Source: a virus
Lineage: Duplodnaviria > Caudoviricetes
Length of the DNA stretch: 24,946 nucleotides
Reading direction: 5' to 3' (one strand)
Virus record (IMG/VR): IMGVR_UViG_3300037781_000105
Coordinates: 1 to 24,946 of that record
The position numbers were made by a program, and so were the translations under genes. The notes beneath the pieces are model-generated. The model saw only the letters and a list, made by a program, of their open reading frames with translations, had not been told where the DNA came from and did not search any database. Shown in pieces: positions 1 to 7,210 of this stretch (position 1 is the first letter of the stretch; each line of letters starts with the position of its first letter).

Positions 1-90
1 GAGCGAGTTGAACTCCTGCTCGAGCCCTTCTTCGGAGGATTTGCGGGTGTAGATTGCGCACCGCAGCTTCCGGACAATGGGCTTGGTCAT
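1..90 (-). CDS. Large serine recombinase (integrase), 5' end only
   Basis: Minus strand from ATG at 90 reads MTKPIVRKLRCAIYTRKSSEEGLEQEFNSL, the Y-x-R-x-S catalytic N-terminus of serine recombinases. ATGA overlap with the DUF2924 stop. Confidence 0.9.
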   Translation of the reverse strand, partial: MTKPIVRKLRCAIYTRKSSEEGLEQEFNSL

Positions 91-539
91 GCGCCCCTCC
101 GATGGTTTTTCAGGCCAAAGAACACCCAGCCGTTCCAGCGCGTCCCAGTGATGGTGCGCGCAATCGCTGAGAGCGACTTGTAGGGCCGCCCCTCCCAGTC
201 GAAACCGTCCGTGGTCACAGTGACGACGTGCTCCACGCCTTGCCACTCGCGGATCAACCGTGTGCCGACGATGGGCATCATGTCAGCGCGGATGCGGCTC
301 TTTTTGCGATCACCGCCATCGAGTTGTTCGCCAAGGGCCTCCAGCCTTTTCACGGTTTCCGGCTTCAGGCCGCCATAAGCCAGCTCCTGGATGCGGTACG
401 CGAGGCGGCTCTCTAGATAACGACGATTGAACGGCGGCGGTTCGCTGTCGAACAGGTCACGCCATTGCTGCTTCAGGTCCGGCGTCGATGTCGTCTTGAG
501 TGCAGCCAGGCGGGCGGGAATGGGATCTTGTTTGGTCAT
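87..539 (-). CDS. DUF2924 family protein (typical partner of large serine recombinases)
   Basis: MTKQDPIPARLAAL...LAYRIQELAYGGL...GTRLIREWQGVEH...YKSLSAIARTITGTRWNGWVFFGL. Start set at ATG 539, which overlaps the upstream stop. Confidence 0.88.
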   Translation of the reverse strand: MTKQDPIPARLAALKTTSTPDLKQQWRDLFDSEPPPFNRRYLESRLAYRIQELAYGGLKPETVKRLEALGEQLDGGDRKKSRIRADMMPIVGTRLIREWQGVEHVVTVTTDGFDWEGRPYKSLSAIARTITGTRWNGWVFFGLKNHRRGA

Positions 540-739
540 GCATTTCTCCGGTGAGTTGGAGTTGCATGACGCCATTCGTCGGCCGGATAGTGTAGGCTAC
601 TTTCTCCAATTTCATCAGATACTTCCGCCCGATCACGCATCCGCAATCGAACCAACCCGAGAGCCAGCAGGCCGCATAGCTCGGCGCGGCGTTCTGCGGG
701 CGTCATCTGGTCGGGTGGCAGAGGGTTGGGTCGTTTCAT
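536..739 (-). CDS. Small hypothetical protein, first gene of the recombinase operon
   Basis: MKRPNPLPPDQMTPAERRAELCGLLALGLVRL. Its stop is coupled (ATGA) to DUF2924. Confidence 0.7.
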   Translation of the reverse strand: MKRPNPLPPDQMTPAERRAELCGLLALGLVRLRMRDRAEVSDEIGESSLHYPADEWRHATPTHRRNA

Positions 740-777
740 GTCTTGGGTGGCCGTGCTTGCTGGTGTCGTTACCAACC

Positions 778-808
778 AAAAGCCACCTGGTAGCCCCTTG
801 TGGGACAT
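778..808 (-). promoter_or_regulatory. Putative promoter for the phage sigma factor, copy 1 (ATGTCCC-N16-TGGCTTTT), facing the recombinase operon
   Basis: Both boxes and the spacing are identical to the motif at 4417-4447. It lies about 40 nt upstream of the 739 start. Confidence 0.65.
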
Positions 809-836
809 GCAGCGCCCCTATCATACTTCCGCAGGT

Positions 837-851
837 GAACAAGTAGAGAAC
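837..851. promoter_or_regulatory. Alphaproteobacterial LexA (SOS) box GAAC-N7-GAAC
   Basis: GAAC AAGTAGA GAAC in the divergent intergenic region, just downstream of a candidate plus-strand promoter TTGTGG(798-803)-N18-CATACT(822-827). Confidence 0.75.
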
Positions 852-1081
852 ATCATCTCTTGCGAACGAAAGAAGCGTCAGCGACTATCAGGAGTTGAGT
901 CGGGCACATAACAAGCGTTCATTGAGGTGGTATCTTGGCGCGGATAGCAAATGCGATCGGATCCAGCATTACAATTCGGCGGTCCTGTTTCCTATTGCCC
1001 AACAGGACAACCAATTTCGAATTCAAAATATGGCGCCGCGCTCATAGATTTGAGATCACATAATTCTTTTTGGAGATTTAA

Positions 1082-3256
1082 ATGGTTCGCACCCCAGCCA
1101 AGACCTGCCCAAACCTTTTTCGTCTGCTCAACGAGGCGGAGCGTTCGTTGCTATCGGCGTTTTTGCAAAGCAGGTCCTTCGGAAGGCTGGATTGGCTGGC
1201 GAATTATCAGTTCGAGCCTGACGATCATGAAGGTCCAGCATCAGCGGCCGAAATGTTGCATCAAGAAAACAAGGACCGCCTTAACCCGCTCGAGGCGGAG
1301 GCTTCGCGCATTGTCACTTTGGTATCCGACCGTGGTCAATTCGTTCTCGAAGGCTTGGCAAGGACAAAGCTCGAACCGGAGCGCTGCCGGGAACTTATGA
1401 ACCAGCGGGATCAGCTTGCGCGCAGCCTTTGGGCCTACGCACGCGAACACAGCGTTTTTGAGGCGGCCGAAAACAGCCTGCACCTCCGCATGTACCGTCG
1501 GTACGACAAGCATTATCAAACGTTTATGGCAGACCCGTCCACAGATGGCGGTCCAGACTCAGGTAGCGAAATTCTCGACGCGCTGCTTTCTCAATTAAAC
1601 ACCGAGTTGGATCGAGGCGACGGTTACAGCATCGACCGTTTCGATATTCCGGAGGATGGGGATGAACCGGCCGCAGAGATGTATCTGCTGTTTCATCCTG
1701 ACCCTCCAACCAGCGTTCGGGAGATTGACGATTCTGGCAATCGGTCACGCATTTACTTTCGACCACCTGGAGAGGCGATGATCGTCTATACGCCGTCGAC
1801 TGGCCGGGTTCATGTTCGGGCTGGTACCAGAACGCTGCGACACACCATCGCCGAGCGATTCATCGAGACCGCATTGGATCAGACGTACTCGAACCAACCG
1901 GTCGATTTTCAGGCCTACGATATTTCGCGATTCCTGTCGGATTTTGATCTAGATTCGCCCGAATTGGACGATGCGGCAATCCTGCGTTCCCAGGTGATCC
2001 GAGCTGAGATCAGCGTTGGCAATTTGGCAAACCGCCTGTCGCTGTCGACGACCATCAATCAGGACATATCGGCCGTTATCGGTTCTCAACCCGGTCTGGA
2101 CCGCATTTTCTCTCGCGCCGTCGCGATCCGTTTCGTCGAGATTGCAGTCAGGTATCGCCGCGTAGCCTCTGCCGCTGAGAAAACGCTCAACTTCACTTTG
2201 ACCGACCGGAATACGAGCAGCCTTCTCAGCGTGGACGACCACTTCGAGCGCGTGCTCGGTCATAAATTGCTTCGGCATTGGAACATCTTGCAGGAGGGGC
2301 GCGCGCCGCGTGCTGATGAGGGCATGGCCATTGTGCCTGCACTGCTCTCCATCTGGGACATCGGCGCAGACAGGATTTCTGGCGCCTGGCTACTTGATCG
2401 CGGAATCGATCCGGCTCTTCTGACAGAGTTGGGTTTCCTTGTGCCAGCGGGCTGGGAAGGCGACGACCTGATCGACGACGAAGACGGCATTGGCCCGGTA
2501 GCGGCCGAAGTCGTCGCGCAACCGGACAAAGTCGACCTCAAAGTCGCGGAAGGCCATGTTGCTCCCAGTGTTGGCAGTCCGGACCGCTATAGAATCTATC
2601 GTGTGCGCGATGGCTGGGTCGAGGAGCATCTTCGCGCCCGTTTGTCAGATGTGCTGGATGCACCTGCGATCGAGGAATTGAACAAACACCTGCTGTATCT
2701 TGGCACGCTCGAGATCAACGATCGGGATGTCCCGATCTATCTGGCTCGCAGTCTGGACCAGGAAAAAGCCAGGGCTTCGGTCGACAGTGAGCTGAGGGCG
2801 CGTAGCGACCTTGGCATTGGACTGGTGCTTCAAGCTGGAAACACGGCGGGCGCGTGTCTCGCTGCGAATGTCTTGACGCCTCTCGCTGATCACATCGAAT
2901 CCGGCGAACCAGAAATCAACTTGGTTGCGGACAAGCTCAAGGCGATATTCCGACGCGACCAATCTCTGGCGCGAGGCGGTCTCACCGTACAGCTTGAACT
3001 CACCGGCGAAAATTCCGGAAAGCTGTTTGTGCCAGGAAAGGGATCCATCGACATATCGGGAGAACAGAGGTTGCGCGTCGTGCAGCGGCTTGTGGACGCC
3101 CACAACAATGGCCCCGCACCGATCGTGACGGCGGACCTTATTGCAGGAATTGAGGATCAGTCACTCTCCAACATCTTTGGATCCGTGCTTTGGAAAAAGC
3201 TCAAGGCAGACTTCGTCCGATCTCCGAAACGTAAGTGGTGGGAGATCGCGATCTGA
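1082..3256 (+). CDS. 724-aa hypothetical protein, possibly a transcriptional activator with a C-terminal winged-helix-like domain
   Basis: Long ORF with GGAG RBS at 1071-1074. The last ~80 aa look like beta-hairpin/helix/HTH/wing. Visibly more AT-rich codon usage than the head genes. Function is inferred only. Confidence 0.75.
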   Translation: MVRTPAKTCPNLFRLLNEAERSLLSAFLQSRSFGRLDWLANYQFEPDDHEGPASAAEMLHQENKDRLNPLEAEASRIVTLVSDRGQFVLEGLARTKLEPERCRELMNQRDQLARSLWAYAREHSVFEAAENSLHLRMYRRYDKHYQTFMADPSTDGGPDSGSEILDALLSQLNTELDRGDGYSIDRFDIPEDGDEPAAEMYLLFHPDPPTSVREIDDSGNRSRIYFRPPGEAMIVYTPSTGRVHVRAGTRTLRHTIAERFIETALDQTYSNQPVDFQAYDISRFLSDFDLDSPELDDAAILRSQVIRAEISVGNLANRLSLSTTINQDISAVIGSQPGLDRIFSRAVAIRFVEIAVRYRRVASAAEKTLNFTLTDRNTSSLLSVDDHFERVLGHKLLRHWNILQEGRAPRADEGMAIVPALLSIWDIGADRISGAWLLDRGIDPALLTELGFLVPAGWEGDDLIDDEDGIGPVAAEVVAQPDKVDLKVAEGHVAPSVGSPDRYRIYRVRDGWVEEHLRARLSDVLDAPAIEELNKHLLYLGTLEINDRDVPIYLARSLDQEKARASVDSELRARSDLGIGLVLQAGNTAGACLAANVLTPLADHIESGEPEINLVADKLKAIFRRDQSLARGGLTVQLELTGENSGKLFVPGKGSIDISGEQRLRVVQRLVDAHNNGPAPIVTADLIAGIEDQSLSNIFGSVLWKKLKADFVRSPKRKWWEIAI

Positions 3257-3260
3257 GGTC

Positions 3261-3303
3261 AACTCCGATCCGGCTCCGTTTCGGGGTCTGACGAACTCCG
3301 ATT
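3261..3303 (+). repeat. Direct repeat AACTCCGAT x2 upstream of the Com-like gene
   Basis: Copies at 3261-3269 and 3295-3303, with a partial GCTCCG between them. Confidence 0.55.
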
Positions 3304-3316
3304 CTCGTGTCCAATA

Positions 3317-3347
3317 GGAGTGCTCACTCAGTCAGAGGAGCACTTCC
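3317..3347 (+). promoter_or_regulatory. Hairpin sequestering the RBS of the Com-like gene
   Basis: AGTGCTC(3319-3325)/GAGCACT(3338-3344) plus CTC/GAG inner pairs cover GAGGAG(3335-3340). ATG is at 3348. Confidence 0.55.
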
Positions 3348-3593
3348 ATGCCGACTCCCAATACTTCCCGCCAGGTAGCCCAGATGAGCTGGACCGGCGG
3401 CGCACAATCAAACCCCAACCCTTTGAGGCCGGAATGGCGCTGTACGCGCTGTGACAAGCTGCTCGGCGTCTGCCGGGACGGCCGCATGCACCTGCGTTTT
3501 GCACGGGGTCACGAATATCTCGTGGGCTTCCCGGTTCAGGCCACATGCCGCGGCTGCGGCACGCTGAACCAGGCGCAATCACCCGCGCGCTGA
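3348..3593 (+). CDS. Mu Com-like zinc-finger protein (putative translational activator)
   Basis: WRCTRCDKLL...CRGCGTLN: two CxxC knuckles with the RCxxCxKLL signature of Com. GAGGAG RBS. Confidence 0.7.
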   Translation: MPTPNTSRQVAQMSWTGGAQSNPNPLRPEWRCTRCDKLLGVCRDGRMHLRFARGHEYLVGFPVQATCRGCGTLNQAQSPAR

Positions 3594-3663
3594 GGCGCGC
3601 ATCCACCCAAATCCCTGAAATTGCAGAGACGCACGACGTCCTGACCTGGCCATGACAAGGCGC

Positions 3664-3692
3664 TGGACGCCTGGCCGCAAGGCAGGCGTCCA
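3664..3692 (+). promoter_or_regulatory. GCAA-tetraloop hairpin occluding the sigma-factor RBS
   Basis: TGGACGCCTG(3664-3673) is the exact reverse complement of CAGGCGTCCA(3683-3692). The stem ends at the base before ATG 3693. Confidence 0.7.
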
Positions 3693-4412
3693 ATGTCCAT
3701 CGCGTGGCACGAGATCCGTGATCACCTCATGTTGTCATCTTCAACTCTCAATTTTCAAAGGAACTTCGAAGCTCTTCGGCGCAACAGCGAACCGCTCGCG
3801 CATTTCGCTGATCCGGCCGCATTGCTGGATACGCTGAACGTCAGCGGCCGTGGCCCGGATGAGAAAAACCGGTTGCTGGTAGCACTGGTCGGGGCCGCAC
3901 AGTCAGGCGACGCGACCTCCGATTGTGCCCTGACGCTGATGCTGTTGGCGCTCTGGCCGGGGCTGGATGCCGTTCGGCGCAGATCGATCTGGCGCAGGGT
4001 TGGCACTGGCGACGAGGTTGCATCCGAAATCCTTGCACGAGCGTCCGAGGCCATTCGGGGTCTGGATCTGCAGCGGGTCAATTGGATCGCGGCAACCATT
4101 CTGCGGAACATCGAGCGGGACTTGATCAGAACGCGTCAACGCGAGGACAGGCACCAGAGCCTGCGCAGCGAGACCGATCCCGACGAAATCCCGACTGACG
4201 GTCAGGCGTCAGCCAACGCCAGCAATGCACTGCTTCATGGCGATCTCAACCGCATCATCGGTACGGATGCGGATCTTGTCATCCGCGTGGCCGTCGACGG
4301 GTTCTCGCAGGCAGAGGTCGCATTGGAGTTGGGGCTGTCTGAGGCGGCGACGCGCAAACGCTATCAGCGGGCGACCCGGCGGCTGCGCGACGTCCTGCAA
4401 GAATTTCGCTGA
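3693..4412 (+). CDS. Sigma-70 family (ECF-like) RNA polymerase sigma factor
   Basis: Region-2-like segment (EILARASEAIRGLD...WIAATILRNIERDLIR) and region-4 HTH (GFSQAEVALELGLSEAATRKRYQRATRRLR). Confidence 0.8.
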   Translation: MSIAWHEIRDHLMLSSSTLNFQRNFEALRRNSEPLAHFADPAALLDTLNVSGRGPDEKNRLLVALVGAAQSGDATSDCALTLMLLALWPGLDAVRRRSIWRRVGTGDEVASEILARASEAIRGLDLQRVNWIAATILRNIERDLIRTRQREDRHQSLRSETDPDEIPTDGQASANASNALLHGDLNRIIGTDADLVIRVAVDGFSQAEVALELGLSEAATRKRYQRATRRLRDVLQEFR

Positions 4413-4416
4413 TCGG

Positions 4417-4447
4417 ATGTCCCGAACCCTGCGGTGCGTTGGCTTTT
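4417..4447 (+). promoter_or_regulatory. Putative promoter for the phage sigma factor, copy 2 (ATGTCCC-N16-TGGCTTTT), facing the replication operon
   Basis: Starts 5 nt after the sigma stop and lies about 50 nt upstream of the next start. Same boxes and spacing as 808-778. Confidence 0.65.
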
Positions 4448-4496
4448 CCCATTCAGACGCCACCGCGCGCCCCACTCAAACCGAAAGTCGACCCGC

Positions 4497-4757
4497 ATGA
4501 TCCGCAAAGCCGACCTCCTGTCCGCAGACCTCAAGCGCATCCCCGGCCTCTACCGCCGCTGGGAGCTGCCGGAAATCCTGAAGAACCAGCGTGCATACCG
4601 CATCGAGAATGCGGGTGCCCACCAGGACGGGACGCCTCTCGTGGCGGTCTATGCCGACGCCGACGCGGGTCAGCCGGACGACCAACACGACGCCTCAATC
4701 ACAGACAAGGAGGCGGCTCCACGCCCTGCTGGGACGATGTCTCGTCGGTCTGAGTAG
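4497..4757 (+). CDS. Hypothetical protein
   Basis: MIRKADLLSADLKRIPGLYRRWELPEIL. First ORF after the motif, phage-like codon usage. Start uncertain. Confidence 0.6.
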   Translation: MIRKADLLSADLKRIPGLYRRWELPEILKNQRAYRIENAGAHQDGTPLVAVYADADAGQPDDQHDASITDKEAAPRPAGTMSRRSE

Positions 4758-4775
4758 AGGCGAAAGGAGGAGATC

Positions 4776-5165
4776 ATGTTCATGGAAACCACACCCTTTA
4801 TCACCGTTCGCGCCAGCCGACCGCTGTCGGAAATCGAGTTTGCTGCCTGGGTGGCGCAGGCCGCCCCCGGAGACCGGCTGGAATACCATCGCGGCTTTCT
4901 GGTGCTCGACATCTTCCCTGTGTTTTCGGGGCTGTCGGATGCGGCGCGCGCCGAGTTGAGCAGGCTTGGATCGCGGGCCTTCTGGGCCGCCGAGCAGGGT
5001 CTCGTGCATCTCGTCCAGGAGCGCGTCGGCCCTGACCAGTTCGCCTACATCGCCGTCGCCCGACCCAAGCCGAAAGCCGCTGCCGTCTCGCTGTCCGAGC
5101 TGCTGCTCGCCGAACAGGGGCAGCCCGGCCGCGCCACCGGTCCGAGTGGCAGGGCTGCCGCGTGA
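4776..5165 (+). CDS. Hypothetical protein
   Basis: Strong AAGGAGGAG RBS. GTGA overlap with the next ORF. Confidence 0.8.
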   Translation: MFMETTPFITVRASRPLSEIEFAAWVAQAAPGDRLEYHRGFLVLDIFPVFSGLSDAARAELSRLGSRAFWAAEQGLVHLVQERVGPDQFAYIAVARPKPKAAAVSLSELLLAEQGQPGRATGPSGRAAA

Positions 5166-5698
5166 TGCCCGCCTTCCAATCCTTTTTTACCGATCACGGA
5201 GACCCTTTCATGCCATTTCCCGAGAACACCCCCACGCCGGACGATCTGCCGTCCCTCAGCGCAGCCGAAATCGCGGCGCTGCCGGTCGAGTTGCTGGCGA
5301 TCCTGCAGCGCGAGATTGATGAGCGCCTGAAGCGCGGCAAGGCGGCCAAGACCCGCTTCGATGCCGGACTGGCGGTCCGCTACGCCACCCGGGCCACCGA
5401 AGAACGCCAGGCCGCCGGCAAGGACACCGGCACGGTCCGCTTTGACGACGGCGATTTCACCGTGGTCGCCGATCTGCCGAAGCGGGTGGATTGGGATCAG
5501 GATCGGCTGGCCGACATGGTCGTGCGGATCCGTGATGCAGGCGACGACCCAGCCGAATATGTCGATCTTGCCTACAAGGTGCCCGAGCGCAAATTCGCCG
5601 CATGGCCGGAGGCCATCCGGGCCGGTTTCGAGCACGCACGCACCGTCCGGCCCGGCACGCTGAAGGTCGAGATCCTCGCGCAGGGGGGCGACCAATGA
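5162..5698 (+). CDS. Hypothetical phage protein of the recombination module
   Basis: Coupled at both ends. Alternative start at ATG 5210 (MPFPENT) after GGAG. Confidence 0.75.
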   Translation: MMPAFQSFFTDHGDPFMPFPENTPTPDDLPSLSAAEIAALPVELLAILQREIDERLKRGKAAKTRFDAGLAVRYATRATEERQAAGKDTGTVRFDDGDFTVVADLPKRVDWDQDRLADMVVRIRDAGDDPAEYVDLAYKVPERKFAAWPEAIRAGFEHARTVRPGTLKVEILAQGGDQ

Positions 5699-6570
5699 GC
5701 CTCCCGATCATTAGTGCGGATCAGCGGCTGGCAGAGCCGCGCGGCATCAAGGGTTGCATCTTCGGGAAATCCGGCATTGGGAAGACCTCGCTGCTCTGGA
5801 CCCTCGATGCCGACCGCACCTTGTTCATGGATCTCGAAGCGGGTGACCTCGCCATTGAGGGCTGGACGGGCGACAGCATCCGGCCGCGCACATGGACGGA
5901 ATGCCGGGATTTCGCGGTGTTCATCGGCGGACCCAACCCGGCACTGCGCGACGAGCAGCCCTACAGCCCGGCGCATTACAAGGCAGTCTGCGAGCGCTTT
6001 GGCGATCCGACTGAGCTGGACCGCTACGACACCATCTTCGTCGACTCGATTACCGTGGCCGGGCGGCTGTGTTTCGGCTGGTGCAAAGGCCAGCCGGAGG
6101 CGTTGTCGGAGAAGACCGGCAAGCCGGACGTTCGTGGTGCTTACGGGCTGCATGGCCGCGAGATGATCGGCTGGCTTACCCATCTGCAGCACACGCGGGC
6201 CAAGAACGTCTGGTTCGTCGGGATTCTCGACGAGAAGCTCGACGACTTCAATCGCAAGGTATTCCGGCCGCAGATCGATGGCTCAAAGACAGGCCTCGAA
6301 TTGCCGGGGATCGTCGATGAAGTGATCACCATGGCGGAGCTGCCGTCTGAGGGGGGCGATCCATATCGCGCCTTCGTTTGCCAGACGATCAACCCCTGGG
6401 GTTTTCCGGCCAAGGATCGCTCCGGGCGGCTTGCCCAAGTCGAAGAGCCCCATCTCGGCCGCCTGATGGCGAAAATCCGAGCGCCAGCGGCCCCAGCGAC
6501 GGATCGCCTGACCTTCGCCCCACCGCCCGCCGATCCGGCGGCCGACGACCAATCCCAACCGCAATCCTGA
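5695..6570 (+). CDS. AAA_24 family ATPase (Sak4-like single-strand annealing protein)
   Basis: Walker A GKSGIGKT, Walker B IFVDSIT, C-terminal AKDRSG. ATGA coupled start. Confidence 0.85.
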   Translation: MSLPIISADQRLAEPRGIKGCIFGKSGIGKTSLLWTLDADRTLFMDLEAGDLAIEGWTGDSIRPRTWTECRDFAVFIGGPNPALRDEQPYSPAHYKAVCERFGDPTELDRYDTIFVDSITVAGRLCFGWCKGQPEALSEKTGKPDVRGAYGLHGREMIGWLTHLQHTRAKNVWFVGILDEKLDDFNRKVFRPQIDGSKTGLELPGIVDEVITMAELPSEGGDPYRAFVCQTINPWGFPAKDRSGRLAQVEEPHLGRLMAKIRAPAAPATDRLTFAPPPADPAADDQSQPQS

Positions 6571-6589
6571 AGATAGAAGGAGGTTCCCC

Positions 6590-7198
6590 ATGGGTTCCTG
6601 GAACGATTTCAACGACGCGCAAAGCAACACCAACCTCATCCCGAAGGGCACACTGGCCAAGGTGCGCCTGACCATCCGCCCCGGCGGCTTCGACGACGCC
6701 TCGCAGGGCTGGACCGGCGGCTATGCCACGCGCGGCTCTACGGGCGCGGTGTATCTGAACGGCGAGTTCACCGTCACCGAAGGCCAATATGCCCGGCGCA
6801 AGATCTTCACGTTGATCGGGCTCTACAGCCCCAAAGGCCCGGACTGGACCAACATGGGCCGCAGCTTGGTGCGCGGCATGCTGAACTCGGCGCGGGGGAT
6901 TTCCGACAAGGACATGTCGCCCGAGGCGCAGGCCGCGAGGAGGATCAGCGGCTTTGCCGATCTCGACGGCATTGAGTTTGTTGCCCGCATCGATATCGGC
7001 ACCGACGCCAGCGGCGATGACAAGAACGAGATCCGCAGCGCGGTGACGCCAGATCATCGTGACTATGCGCAGATCATGGGCACGGCGCCGCTCCAGTTCA
7101 GCGGCAATGCCCCGCAGCAGGATGCCTCCGCAGCGCCGTCGACCAACCCGCCAGCAGCCAGTCCCGGTGCCCCCGGGCGGCCGAGCTGGGCCCAGTAA
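6590..7198 (+). CDS. Putative phage ssDNA-binding protein (DUF669-like)
   Basis: LIPKGT...YLNGEFTVTEGQYARRKIF...DDKNEIR with a Pro/Ala-rich tail. Typical position after a Sak4-like gene. AGGAGG RBS. Confidence 0.7.
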   Translation: MGSWNDFNDAQSNTNLIPKGTLAKVRLTIRPGGFDDASQGWTGGYATRGSTGAVYLNGEFTVTEGQYARRKIFTLIGLYSPKGPDWTNMGRSLVRGMLNSARGISDKDMSPEAQAARRISGFADLDGIEFVARIDIGTDASGDDKNEIRSAVTPDHRDYAQIMGTAPLQFSGNAPQQDASAAPSTNPPAASPGAPGRPSWAQ

Positions 7199-7210
7199 GG
7201 GGGATCGGTC

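Noticed and set aside
951-1400. 149-aa plus-strand ORF
   Set aside because: Mostly overlaps the 724-aa gene out of frame and is not protein-like.
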